The position numbers and the translations under genes were made by a program. Shown piece by piece: positions 1-9,961 of a DNA stretch of 64,000 bases. The stretch comes from Burkholderiales bacterium (GTDB lineage: Bacteria > Pseudomonadota > Gammaproteobacteria > Burkholderiales > UBA11063): positions 2,958-66,957 of the forward strand of contig JAIEPY010000021.1 of assembly GCA_019748155.1 (NCBI GenBank), written 5' to 3'. The notes beneath the pieces are model-generated. The model was not told the DNA's origin and did not search any database. It worked only from the letters and a program-made list of their open reading frames with translations. Position 1 is the first letter of the stretch; each line of letters opens with the position of its first letter.

Positions 1-189
1 GTGTAATGCAGTTTGGTGTTACTACGAAATAGAATCCCCACCAACAATTACAGTTATACCTTGATAGTTGTGGGCGCTAGCTGGTTCACAAGAAATTGCA
101 GTATTAGGGTAAGTAATTTCTTTATTATGACAGTAATAGTGACACTCAGTTAAACACTCGATGGGCAAAACGACAGAACGCTTATCAAA

Positions 190-1029
190 TCACGAGAGAG
201 TAAACGTTGCTACGCCATAAATCATGCTACTTTCAATGATAGTTGCCTTATTTAGAGACATTCGTGCATTGATAGAAGTTTGTTGCATTCGTAAGAATTC
301 CATCAACACCAAAGCGCTTGGATTAATTTCTGGCACATCTAAAAAGATATGCGCTTGCGGGTCGGCTTTTTGTATTAGGTTGGCAAATAATATTTGCGCA
401 ATTTCGCGGTTTTCTGCAAGCAGAGGCCCAACCTGATAACCATCCTTACATTGACGAATAGTTCCATAGCCACGAACATAGTTATGATCATAATAAACCA
501 GCGTATGATGATGTTGTAACCATTTATGCATGAAATCACGACGTTCAGTGGTAACGACTTTACTATCAAAATCTAATAGTTGGGAAAAGTCAATTTGATC
601 AAGAGGTTTAATTGCAAGATCTTCAATTAACTCAAAGTCATTGCGGCGCAATTTATAACGGATATTGCGATGGGCTAATTTAAAACCAGATTGTTTAAAC
701 CAATCAAGCTGTTCAACTTTACAATCTAGAGTGCAGGCTGAATCACCAACATATTTCATTACTGCATCCCATAGCTGATGTCCATAGCCTAGATGGCGGA
801 ACTCTTGGTCAACATAATAAAGCCCGACGAAGCATTTTTTAGCTACTGGGCGGATTATAGCTGCCATACTAATTGGAGTACCATCAAGACATCCAACTAA
901 AAAACCGTCCGGGAATCTTTTTAAAATCATACTTACATCATCTAAACCTAGATTTTGGCTATCATCTCTAGCTTTTTGTATTAGTGGTGTGAGTAACTCC
1001 AGCGATGCTGCCTGAATAGTGAATACCAT
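190..1029 (-). CDS. GNAT-family N-acetyltransferase (two-domain architecture)
   Basis: 279-aa ORF. The N-terminal half shows a GNAT acetyl-CoA-pocket-like pattern (..YYVDQEFRHLGYGHQLWDAVM..). No closer assignment is possible by eye. Confidence 0.55.
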   Translation of the reverse strand: MVFTIQAASLELLTPLIQKARDDSQNLGLDDVSMILKRFPDGFLVGCLDGTPISMAAIIRPVAKKCFVGLYYVDQEFRHLGYGHQLWDAVMKYVGDSACTLDCKVEQLDWFKQSGFKLAHRNIRYKLRRNDFELIEDLAIKPLDQIDFSQLLDFDSKVVTTERRDFMHKWLQHHHTLVYYDHNYVRGYGTIRQCKDGYQVGPLLAENREIAQILFANLIQKADPQAHIFLDVPEINPSALVLMEFLRMQQTSINARMSLNKATIIESSMIYGVATFTLS

Positions 1030-1329
1030 TATTCTCTCTCCTCGTGTATGATTTTACTTAAAATATAATACAATATTATACTCGAACTACAGTTATTGCC
1101 TCTGAGTCTTGTATTTTTTATAACTGTTTTGAGTTGCAAGAGCTAAGTATAGCGAGCAGATATTTTTATACATTGGAACAGATGCATCATCCTAGATCCC
1201 GTGTTATGTCTCATTTATTGGTATAAAACAATAAAGTTGCTTAACTTAGGTGCGCTGCATATAGGTATTTAATTGAAAATTAAGGTATAATCAGCCTATC
1301 AAATAATTTAACCTTACCAAGGGGGGATA

Positions 1330-2526
1330 ATGAATAAACAATATAGTCAACATGTTAGCCAGCAATTACAGGAAATTATCGACAATAAACTTTATAAGAG
1401 TGAGCGGATTATTGTTAACCCGCAAAATCCTAGAGTAATATTAAAAGATGGTAGCGAATTAATTAATTTTTGTGCTAATAATTATCTGGGTTTAGCTGAT
1501 GATGCTGAAGTGATCGAAAGCGCTAAAAATGCCTTGGATAAATACGGTTATGGTATGGCATCAGTGCGCTTCATTTGTGGAACTAATCAGATTCATAAAG
1601 ACCTTGAGCAAGCAATTAGCAAATTTTTAGGCTATGAAGATACGATTTTATTTAGCTCATGCTATGATGCTAATGGTGGCGTATTTGAAACCTTACTTGG
1701 TGAACAAGATGCGATTATTTCTGATGAATTAAACCATGCTTCAATTATTGATGGTGTTCGTTTATGCAAAGCTAAACGCTTCCGTTACAAAAACAATAAT
1801 ATGCAAGATTTAGAAGAGCAGCTAAAAGCAGCCGATGCTGCTGGTGCGCGGTTTAAAATGATTGCAACTGATGGCGTATTTTCGATGGATGGAATTATCG
1901 CTAATCTTAAAGGTATTTGTGATTTAGCTGATAAATATAATGCGCTGGTGATGGTTGATGATTCTCATGCGACAGGATTTACGGGTAAACATGGGCGTGG
2001 TACACCGGAGTATTGTGGTGTTGAAGGACGAATTGATGTAATGACCAGCACGCTTGGTAAAGCTCTTGGTGGTGCATCTGGTGGCTATATTTCTGCCAAT
2101 AAAAATATTATTGATTTACTGCGTAACCGTGCACGGACATACTTATTTTCCAATGCCTTAGCTCCGGTAATTACGGCTGCTACCTTGACCGTACTGAAAA
2201 AAGTTACAGCGGCGGATAGCTTACGTGAACAACTAGAACGCAACAAAAAACAATTCCGTGATGGTATGGCAGCAGCTGGGTTTGATTTGGTTCCCGGTGA
2301 GCACCCGATTATTCCTGTAATGCTTTATGATGAAAAATTGGCGGTTGATTTTGCACAAAAATTATTAGCGCATGGTATTTATGTAATTCCATTCTCCTTC
2401 CCGGTAGTGCCAAAAGGTAAAGCGCGGATTCGTACCCAAATGTCAGCTAAGCATACCCCTGAGCAGATTGATAAAGCCATCGCTGCATTCATCGTGGTTG
2501 GTAAAGAATTAAACGTTATTAAGTAA
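1330..2526 (+). CDS. kbl: glycine C-acetyltransferase (2-amino-3-ketobutyrate CoA ligase)
   Basis: 398-aa ORF with alpha-oxoamine synthase features, including the PLP-lysine region [20 protein letters not shown] Shine-Dalgarno upstream. Followed directly by tdh, as in the conserved kbl-tdh operon. Confidence 0.93.
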   Translation: MNKQYSQHVSQQLQEIIDNKLYKSERIIVNPQNPRVILKDGSELINFCANNYLGLADDAEVIESAKNALDKYGYGMASVRFICGTNQIHKDLEQAISKFLGYEDTILFSSCYDANGGVFETLLGEQDAIISDELNHASIIDGVRLCKAKRFRYKNNNMQDLEEQLKAADAAGARFKMIATDGVFSMDGIIANLKGICDLADKYNALVMVDDSHATGFTGKHGRGTPEYCGVEGRIDVMTSTLGKALGGASGGYISANKNIIDLLRNRARTYLFSNALAPVITAATLTVLKKVTAADSLREQLERNKKQFRDGMAAAGFDLVPGEHPIIPVMLYDEKLAVDFAQKLLAHGIYVIPFSFPVVPKGKARIRTQMSAKHTPEQIDKAIAAFIVVGKELNVIK

Positions 2527-2538
2527 AGAGAAAATACT

Positions 2539-3615
2539 ATGACTAAAATGAAAGCACTAATTAAAGAACGCGCAGAACCCGGGATTTGGATGGGTGAAGT
2601 TGATAAACCAACGATTAAAGATGATGAGGTTCTAATTAAGATTAAAAAAACCGCTATTTGTGGCACTGATTTGCATATTTATAAATGGGATGCTTGGGCG
2701 CAGGCAACTATTCCTGTTCCAATGCATGTCGGACACGAGTTTGTTGGTGAAGTGGTTGAGGTTGGCAAAAACGTTAAGCAAAAAAATCTGGCAATCGGGG
2801 ACCGGGTTTCTGGTGAAGGACACATTGTCTGTGGAACGTGCCGTAATTGTCGTGCTGGACATTTTCATCTGTGTCCAAACACTGTTGGGGTTGGCGTAAA
2901 TCGCCCGGGATGCTTCGCTGAATATTTAGCAATCCCTGCATTTAACGTATTTAAATTGCCAGAATATGTTTCTGATGACATTGCAAGTATGTTAGATCCG
3001 TTTGGTAATGCTGCACATACAGCTTTATCATTTGATTTGATTGGTGAAGATGTTTTGATTACTGGTGCAGGTCCGATTGGCTGTATGGCGGTTGCAATTT
3101 GTAAAAAAGTTGGTGCTAAAAATGTCATTATTACCGATGTAAACGACTATCGTTTGGGTCTTGCAAAACAAATGGGGGCTGACGCTGCAGTTAATGTAAG
3201 TGATTGCAAAAATGCTGAGCAAATTGATGCCAAGTTGCGTCAGGTTATGGCTGAACTTGATATGGAAGAAGGCTTTGATGTTGGGCTTGAAATGTCTGGG
3301 ATTGAAGATGCTATTCATTCGATGATTGACCTGATGATTAACGGCGGTAAGATTGCCATGCTGGGTATTTCTGCCAGACCTGTGGCGTTAGATTGGAATA
3401 AAGTCGTCTTTAAAAGCCTCTATCTTAAAGGTGTTTATGGGCGCGAAATGTTTGAAACCTGGTACAAAATGGTTTCATTGGTTAAATCAGGTTTGGATGT
3501 TAATCCTGTTATTACCCATGTTTTACCGGTGCAAAATTACCTTGAAGGATTTGAATTAATGAAATCAGGTAGTTGCGGTAAAGTGATTTTGGACTGGACT
3601 ACCTTACATGGATAG
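2539..3615 (+). CDS. tdh: L-threonine 3-dehydrogenase
   Basis: Zn-dependent medium-chain dehydrogenase motifs [22 protein letters not shown] and the structural-Zn Cys cluster [15 protein letters not shown]. Colinear with Tdh as I recall it. The start may be the ATG at 2548 (MKALIKE..). Confidence 0.93.
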   Translation: MTKMKALIKERAEPGIWMGEVDKPTIKDDEVLIKIKKTAICGTDLHIYKWDAWAQATIPVPMHVGHEFVGEVVEVGKNVKQKNLAIGDRVSGEGHIVCGTCRNCRAGHFHLCPNTVGVGVNRPGCFAEYLAIPAFNVFKLPEYVSDDIASMLDPFGNAAHTALSFDLIGEDVLITGAGPIGCMAVAICKKVGAKNVIITDVNDYRLGLAKQMGADAAVNVSDCKNAEQIDAKLRQVMAELDMEEGFDVGLEMSGIEDAIHSMIDLMINGGKIAMLGISARPVALDWNKVVFKSLYLKGVYGREMFETWYKMVSLVKSGLDVNPVITHVLPVQNYLEGFELMKSGSCGKVILDWTTLHG

Positions 3616-3667
3616 TTGATATTCTCTGCAGAATTTTCTGTGGCGAGACTTTTAGAGGACGAAGATC

Positions 3668-4039
3668 ATGGATTTATTAGAAACTGCTAAGCAGAAATTA
3701 GAATACGCGCTGTCTACGCTTGAGAAGTCTGACGACTATACTCAGCATATTAAGTTGGTTTTGGCAGCGTTAGATGACGGGCTTCAATTTACCAAGAAGC
3801 ATTATAGCGAATTAAACTCTTTAACGATGGCTAAGACAAACACCTTAAAGGGTTCTGATATATATTTCTTTTTTATGCGGTTTACACATCAGTTTTTTAA
3901 TGTGATGAATATTATTCAAACGCTGCCTAATGCCGGCTATTATGAGAAGTTTTTGTTTTTACTTGAAGCAAGACAGCAACGATTTGATGAGCTACGTCTG
4001 GATGCAGTTAGTAAAGGTAAAGAAATTATTTCTAAATAA
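3668..4039 (+). CDS. hypothetical protein (123 aa)
   Basis: Intact ORF with no recognisable motif, lying at the left border of the R-M island. Confidence 0.35.
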   Translation: MDLLETAKQKLEYALSTLEKSDDYTQHIKLVLAALDDGLQFTKKHYSELNSLTMAKTNTLKGSDIYFFFMRFTHQFFNVMNIIQTLPNAGYYEKFLFLLEARQQRFDELRLDAVSKGKEIISK

Positions 4040-4246
4040 TTCAATGCTAAACAACCCCTAAATTTTACCAGTTAGTTTTCACTATCTGGTAATTTCTTTG
4101 GATATTTTGCAAAAATAATCTTAATGTACTCATCATTTGGGAAATGTACGTTATTATTTTTTGATTATTTATTAGTTAAATTTAGTGATTACATCATTGA
4201 TGATATTGAGCCACCACAAGAAATAACTAGATAAATAGGTTATAAA

Positions 4247-4906
4247 TTAATGATTTTCAAGTTTTAATTTTCGGGCTTGCCAATCAGGCATGTGAGTTGT
4301 CAGATAGTTATAAAAATTTTTGTCGTGATTATAATGAAGCAAATGCACTAGTTCATGAAAAATAACATATTCGATAGCAAATACATGTTTTTTAATCAAA
4401 TCCAAATTTAAGTTAATATAAGATTTTTTGGGGTTACAAGAACCCCAACGAGTCTTCATCTTCCGGATCGATACTTTAGCTACTTCTTTTTTAACTATTT
4501 TAGTGTATTTGGCAATAATTTTTTTAAAATAATCCTCAGCTTTTTCTTTATACCATGTATCAATTAGCTGTATTTTTTTGTCATAGTTGGTTTTGTTGGT
4601 TAACTTGACATGAAGATAGCCGCCAATTAATTTAACGGACTCGTTGCTTGCAGTAGAGACCTTTAAACGATAATTTCGCCCCAAATATGCAAAGCTTTCC
4701 CCACTAACTAGCTCTTTTTGCGGTTGCTGAAATTTTCTAAAATAGTTTAATTGTACTAAAATCCAGTCATGGCGCTTTTTTAATACCTGATTAATTTTCT
4801 CCTGTGTGGTATTCGCTGGCACGGTCAATACCACTTCGAGCGTAGGCTTCACCTTTAGGCTAATAGTCTTTACTGACTTGTAAATAATCTGTAGATTATC
4901 GAGCAT
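4247..4906 (-). CDS. DUF45/YgjP-like M48-family metallopeptidase
   Basis: HExxH motif in FHELVHLLHYNH near the C-terminus, and typical YgjP-like length. The track ORF starts at a TTG (4960) inside hsdR. The ATG at 4906 (MLDNLQIIYKS..) is more plausible and overlaps the hsdR stop by about 11 nt. Confidence 0.75.
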   Translation of the reverse strand: MLDNLQIIYKSVKTISLKVKPTLEVVLTVPANTTQEKINQVLKKRHDWILVQLNYFRKFQQPQKELVSGESFAYLGRNYRLKVSTASNESVKLIGGYLHVKLTNKTNYDKKIQLIDTWYKEKAEDYFKKIIAKYTKIVKKEVAKVSIRKMKTRWGSCNPKKSYINLNLDLIKKHVFAIEYVIFHELVHLLHYNHDKNFYNYLTTHMPDWQARKLKLENH

Positions 4907-7900
4907 AGTTATTGATTCCGATTGAGCGAGTCGCTGCAATAACTTCAGTTGGATTGTCAAGGTGCAGAGTGAACTGTTTTTCTAAATCGTACAGAATATC
5001 ATCAATTGACTGATCAATTTGATTTCTGACATCACTATTGTGCTGCCAGTCGGGTTTTTTGGAAGCTGTTTTAAATATTTCATCAATTTGCAGGATAGTT
5101 TTAATGAACTCTTTAGGTGCTAATGTGTCCATTACTTCCTGAAGATTGTCGTAGAGTGCCTTAGCACAGCTCTTGTCGCTGATTTCGATGGGATAGCGCG
5201 AGACCTCGTCAATTTGCTTGGACATTAGCATTGTGCGAATATCTTTAGCATGTTTAAGCTTATCTTCTTCACTCATGCGCCCTTCGCGATATTCCTGAAT
5301 AATTTGCTCGATTTTTTGCGAAAGCTTGTCGTAAAAATTAGGGTTCTGCTCGTGATTTTCACGGGCAATTTTTGCAGTAGCGCTAAGAATGGTATCTGCT
5401 TTGGCATTATCTCCAACTAGCCTTTGCAGTTCCTTATCAAAATCCTCTTCAAAGATATTTACTAGCTTGGTCAGTTGATTAACCTCATTGGCGCTGATAA
5501 ATGTGTCGAGAAGCTTTTGCATTTCCCTCTCATATTTACCAAAATTAACCTCTTCCTGATAACGGATTTTGATTGCACGGCGCAGCTCACTATAAAATTT
5601 CATGGAACGCTTATATTGGTTGATTTCCTGTTCAGTTAGCACTTCATCGCTCTTATCACTGGATAACGTTAGCTTCAAAGCTCGTGCAAACAGTGAAAGG
5701 TACTCATAGAAGTTTTTACGTTTATTTTCATCAGCCAGAAATATCTGATAACTTTCCTGATCATTTTTATTGGCTACGGGTTTAAATAAATCTTGTAAAT
5801 GTGAATAGAAAGTTTTGACTTCACCAATTTCAGCCTTAATATCAATTACTGCTCCAGTTAAATCTTCTTCATCAAAGCCAGCCAAGGCGCTATATGAGGT
5901 TAAGGCTTGATCCAGATTACCCAATAAGCCACGATAATCAACGATAAAGCCATATTCTTTGCCCTCATAAAGGCGATTAATCCGTGCGATTGCTTGGAGT
6001 AAATTATGTTCTTTGAGTTCTTTATCAATATAAAGTACCGCAGCACGCGGAGCATCAAAACCAGTTAATAATTTATCCACCACAATCAATAACTCAATCT
6101 CATCGCCATCAATGAACTGACTCTTTACAGAATCTAAAAAGCTTTCTTCATCGCCGTAGCGACGTAATAACTTAGCCCATGCTTCCGTAACATAAAGTTT
6201 GTTATTTTCATCGACTTCCTCGTGCCCTTCTCGAGTATCAGAGGCAGAAATAACAAAAGCGGTTTTAATATTTCCATACATGGCAAATAATTCATGGTAT
6301 TTGATAGCTTCATATTTGCTACTGGTAGCAAGCATGGCTTTAAAACCAGTACCTTGAAAATTTTTAGTAAAGTGCTCATTGATATCCAGAGCAATCATTT
6401 CTAAGCGGCGCTCACTCGATGCAACCCGACTAAAACGTGCCCACTTTCGCTTTAAATCTGCCTTTTGTTCCGTATTTAAATCACGCGAGATCATTTCAAA
6501 ACGACGATCCAATCCAGCTTTATCACTAATCCATTGGTCAACTAAGCGCCCTTCATAGAGCAGCGGTAAAACAGCTTTATCTTTAACCGCCTGATCAATA
6601 GTGTAGCGGTGAATTAATCCGCCAAACTTTAGGATAGAGCCTTTTTCGCGTTTAAGTAGAGGGGTTCCAGTAAATCCCAGGTAACAAGCGAGAGGGAAGA
6701 CTTTTTTCATGGCTTTATGCAAATCACCACCTTGGGTACGGTGTGACTCATCAACCAGTACAAATATATTGGGGTCGCTTATCACCCATTTTTCATTTTT
6801 AACGGTATCAAATTTATGAATTAAGGTAGTTATTACGCTTAGTCCAGATTGTAGTTTCTCAATCAAATCATGCCCACTATTGGCCCGCCCAGCTTTTATT
6901 TCGCTGTTTTGAAAAGTAGTGTGGATTTGACTATCCAAGTCTTTTCTGTCGGTTACGACAATGATACGTGAACCAACAATTTCCCGTTTGAGTAATTTGG
7001 TCAGCATTGCCATTGTCAAAGATTTACCGCTGCCTTGGGTATGCCAGACTAAACCTCCGGCACGGCTACCATCCGGCGCAAAATTTTCAATTTTATGAAA
7101 GATTTCTTTAATTGCAAAATATTGCTGATAACGTGCTATTTTTTTAACGCGCTTATCAAAAAGAATGAATGAATGCAATAATTCCAGAACACGGGTTTTA
7201 CTAAATAGGCTAAATATGGTTTGATCTAGTTTGCTTGTCATACGATTGGATACTAAACCAGCTAATTGTTCCTGATTATCTTCTTCCCATACCGCATAAA
7301 ACTTGGCTGGTGTTCCTGTTGTCGCATATTGTGGATGAGAATTATTTCCAGCTAAAGTTAACTGTACATATTTAAATAGCTGTGGTATTTCGTCGTTGCC
7401 TTGATTACGGATCATTTGTGAAATACCTTGTTCGGCATTAATGCTGGATTTTTTGAGTTCAATTACCGCAAAAGGGATACCATTTATAAACAGCACCAGA
7501 TCAGGACGCCGAGTTTTATCAAATTCGCTGGTAACTTGGCGGATAACGCTATATTCTTCGGTAACATGGAAGACATTATTTTCAAAATTATCAAAATCAA
7601 TGTAACGCAAAGAGAAGCTTTTTCTATCACCATCAGCTAGTTCTTCATCATAGCTAGTACCTAAGGTCAATTTATCGCTGATTTTTTGATTAGCCGCGTT
7701 TAAACCCTCATTAAGCGGTATATTTAACTCTTCGACTGCCCGCGAGATATTTTTGGGTGAAAACTTATAATTAACTCCTTTGTATTCAAAAGAATTAATT
7801 TTTTGCAATTGGGCTAACAAAATATCTTTCAACACTACTTCATGTAAACGGTTATCGCGTAGCACAATATTGTCTTCGCGGCTAATATAAACATAGCCCA

Positions 7901-7964
7901 TTGATTTTAATAACTCTACTGTATTTTGTTGAATTGCTGATTCGTTTAAAATATTTGGATTCAC
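4896..7964 (-). CDS. hsdR: Type I restriction enzyme, R subunit
   Basis: N-terminal PD-(D/E)xK-like segment PDLVLFINGIPFAVIELKK; SF2 helicase motifs HTQGSGKSLTM (Walker A), VLVDESHRTQ (DEAH-type) and QAIARINR (motif VI). The likely start is the GTG at 7964, preceded by GGAGGTGG and overlapping the upstream stop (GTGA). The track start at 7979 is a TTG. Confidence 0.95.
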   Translation of the reverse strand: MNPNILNESAIQQNTVELLKSMGYVYISREDNIVLRDNRLHEVVLKDILLAQLQKINSFEYKGVNYKFSPKNISRAVEELNIPLNEGLNAANQKISDKLTLGTSYDEELADGDRKSFSLRYIDFDNFENNVFHVTEEYSVIRQVTSEFDKTRRPDLVLFINGIPFAVIELKKSSINAEQGISQMIRNQGNDEIPQLFKYVQLTLAGNNSHPQYATTGTPAKFYAVWEEDNQEQLAGLVSNRMTSKLDQTIFSLFSKTRVLELLHSFILFDKRVKKIARYQQYFAIKEIFHKIENFAPDGSRAGGLVWHTQGSGKSLTMAMLTKLLKREIVGSRIIVVTDRKDLDSQIHTTFQNSEIKAGRANSGHDLIEKLQSGLSVITTLIHKFDTVKNEKWVISDPNIFVLVDESHRTQGGDLHKAMKKVFPLACYLGFTGTPLLKREKGSILKFGGLIHRYTIDQAVKDKAVLPLLYEGRLVDQWISDKAGLDRRFEMISRDLNTEQKADLKRKWARFSRVASSERRLEMIALDINEHFTKNFQGTGFKAMLATSSKYEAIKYHELFAMYGNIKTAFVISASDTREGHEEVDENNKLYVTEAWAKLLRRYGDEESFLDSVKSQFIDGDEIELLIVVDKLLTGFDAPRAAVLYIDKELKEHNLLQAIARINRLYEGKEYGFIVDYRGLLGNLDQALTSYSALAGFDEEDLTGAVIDIKAEIGEVKTFYSHLQDLFKPVANKNDQESYQIFLADENKRKNFYEYLSLFARALKLTLSSDKSDEVLTEQEINQYKRSMKFYSELRRAIKIRYQEEVNFGKYEREMQKLLDTFISANEVNQLTKLVNIFEEDFDKELQRLVGDNAKADTILSATAKIARENHEQNPNFYDKLSQKIEQIIQEYREGRMSEEDKLKHAKDIRTMLMSKQIDEVSRYPIEISDKSCAKALYDNLQEVMDTLAPKEFIKTILQIDEIFKTASKKPDWQHNSDVRNQIDQSIDDILYDLEKQFTLHLDNPTEVIAATRSIGINNYAR

Positions 7965-9319
7965 TTTACCACCTCCCAATAACCACCTTTAGCACTACCA
8001 ACCCGACGGAGTAGGCCAAGTTCTTTTAGTTTCTTGATATTATTTCTGATGTTCTTCTCATTTATTTGGATAATTTCAGATAGTTGCAGCTGTGTTATAT
8101 GTGAATTTTCAGCGATTAACTCAAGTATTTTTAGCTGATTTGAATTTAAATGTTTTTCTAGGTCTTTTTCTAGGTCTTTTTCTAGGTCTGCATTAAAATA
8201 AAACTCAACCCACAAGCCATTAAGCCATCTAAACTTTGGAACTATTTCGTTAAATTTTTGTGACTCTGCCACAATTTTTTCTATCCCGCGCCCCCATGAT
8301 TCTATATAACCAGCGAGAAAGAACGGATAAGCAAGAGCCGGATTAAATGGTTCAGAATTATGTTTTTGTAAAAGTGTGTCAACTGTCCAATGTGCTGGCA
8401 ATTCGCCGGGATTCCACATTAATAGCTTGTCATCATATACGCTTATTTGTATCGTATGTTGTGAAGCATAATCTTTATGAACGACAGCATTAATTAGCGC
8501 TTCTCTAAATGCTAGCTCGGAGATTGGAAAGCTCTCAACTCTTTGAATACCATCATACGTAATTAATGCTTTGAGATATTTGCTAAAAATAAGCTCGAGC
8601 GTTTTATCAACTTGTTCAAAAAGGTTACCTGTAACTACATCTTGATAGATTAAATCGCTATTTGATTTAAAATAGCCAATTTTAATTGAGCTTCCCGTCA
8701 CATAGCGCTCGGGATCTTTGGCAAAAAGTAAAGTTGCGGCACGTTTAAAATAATTGCCTTCTTTTAAATGCAGCTTGTCGATCAGGATATGATCATCCTC
8801 ATTTAAGAGATTGGCATCAATTCTTTTCTTTTTGGTAGCTTTGGCGCGGAAAAGCTTAAATGCAAATGGATCTAAATCCTCATCACCAAAATATGGCACG
8901 GGTACACCATCCCATTTTTTACCTTGGCGCGACAACAAAAATTTATCCAGTGCTGCCCCTTTAAACTCATGGGTACTACTTCCACTGCGATAATAATATG
9001 AACCTTTATAACTTACTGGATATGGATAAGCCTCAACACTGATTTCAAGATAATTCTTATTTTCAGCGATTTTCAGCTTAACTTCGACCATAATCCCTAA
9101 AATATCACGGACTTTATTCGGAATATCTGCTAATAGTTTAGCGGTGTTTTCAATGCCAACGATGATACCATTATCGGCAATACCAATATAAAGCGTTCCA
9201 CCTGCGCTATTCGCAAATGCACTTATCCACTTGATATACTCATCTTTCCATAGTTGCTTAAACTCGATGTTTTGTGATTCGTTTTGTTGAATTACTAATT
9301 TGTTAGTGCTCGGTGTCAT
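7961..9319 (-). CDS. AlbA_2 (Schlafen-type divergent AAA) + HATPase_c_4-like + C-terminal winged-HTH protein
   Basis: 452 aa. N-terminus ESQNIEFKQLW..ISAFANSAGGTLYIGI is typical of AlbA_2. The central REALINAVVHKDY..GRGIEKI resembles HATPase_c_4. The C-terminal LKILELIAENSHITQLQLSEII..LKELGLLRRVG looks like a wHTH. The stop overlaps the hsdR start. Confidence 0.7.
   Translation of the reverse strand: MTPSTNKLVIQQNESQNIEFKQLWKDEYIKWISAFANSAGGTLYIGIADNGIIVGIENTAKLLADIPNKVRDILGIMVEVKLKIAENKNYLEISVEAYPYPVSYKGSYYYRSGSSTHEFKGAALDKFLLSRQGKKWDGVPVPYFGDEDLDPFAFKLFRAKATKKKRIDANLLNEDDHILIDKLHLKEGNYFKRAATLLFAKDPERYVTGSSIKIGYFKSNSDLIYQDVVTGNLFEQVDKTLELIFSKYLKALITYDGIQRVESFPISELAFREALINAVVHKDYASQHTIQISVYDDKLLMWNPGELPAHWTVDTLLQKHNSEPFNPALAYPFFLAGYIESWGRGIEKIVAESQKFNEIVPKFRWLNGLWVEFYFNADLEKDLEKDLEKHLNSNQLKILELIAENSHITQLQLSEIIQINEKNIRNNIKKLKELGLLRRVGSAKGGYWEVVK
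8152..8187. repeat. 3 x 12-bp perfect tandem repeat (TTTTTCTAGGTC) encoding (DLEK)3 in a linker
   Basis: Read directly from the sequence. It lies in frame inside the 452-aa gene, between the ATPase-like region and the wHTH. Confidence 0.9.
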
Positions 9320-9337
9320 AAAATAAACTTTATAAAA

Positions 9338-9946
9338 TTATTGTAATTTACGAATCGCTTCATTATACGCATTATTCATTTCAAGAAGTCCGTCATTCAA
9401 AAAATAAATTACGTTATCACTCAAGAGTTTACTTGCTTTATTACGTTCATTACGATAACCTTCTTGATCATAGATATAGTACGTTGATAACGCTTCTTGA
9501 GATTTAAGAAATTTGTTCCAAAAAGTTTGCATCGCCATACTTATCTCTGTTGCTCCAAATTTATCAGCTCTAAGTTTTAAAATCATTAATTTACCTTTTA
9601 GCTCTAGATAATTTGGGATGATATCTTCAATCTTTTCATTATTGTTTTTCATTATTCCAAGATATTTGGGAAAAGGAAAACTATTTTGATATTTAGTCCA
9701 AGTATCAAAGAAATCTTCCATGTGTTCAGTATATTGTCTAATTATCATTTGGTGAGTTTGCTTTTTACTTATTTTATATGTAAAATATGCAAATATGCTT
9801 GCAGGGATTGCAACTAGAGTTGTTGAGTCAATATCTTTAACAAAACTAAAGTTATAAAGCTTAGCAATAATCAGAATAATTGATGACGTAGCAAACATAA
9901 TGACTAGTATATCTGCCGTATCATACAACAATGTTTTAACTTTCAT
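9338..9946 (-). CDS. hypothetical membrane protein: N-terminal 2-TM hairpin plus helical soluble tail
   Basis: 202 aa. Hydrophobic segments at about residues 12-31 and 42-59, then about 140 aa rich in K/E/N/Y with no motif I recognise. Gaps of 15 and 18 nt to its neighbours inside the R-M operon. Confidence 0.6.
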   Translation of the reverse strand: MKVKTLLYDTADILVIMFATSSIILIIAKLYNFSFVKDIDSTTLVAIPASIFAYFTYKISKKQTHQMIIRQYTEHMEDFFDTWTKYQNSFPFPKYLGIMKNNNEKIEDIIPNYLELKGKLMILKLRADKFGATEISMAMQTFWNKFLKSQEALSTYYIYDQEGYRNERNKASKLLSDNVIYFLNDGLLEMNNAYNEAIRKLQ

Positions 9947-9961
9947 TTTTTCAATATCTCT

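Noticed and set aside
22-168. 48-codon Cys/His-rich open frame (..ECLTECHYYCHNKEITYPNTAISCEP..) on the minus strand just downstream of the GNAT gene, considered as a possible small peptide or RiPP precursor.
   Set aside because: It has no ATG (only a TTG), no Shine-Dalgarno sequence and no neighbouring maturation genes in view. It is too short and unsupported to call.
8152-8187. Short tandem repeat considered as a possible CRISPR-like or phase-variation repeat.
   Set aside because: It has only three contiguous 12-bp units without spacers, it lies in frame inside a CDS, and no cas genes are present. The unit length is a multiple of three, so it cannot shift the frame.
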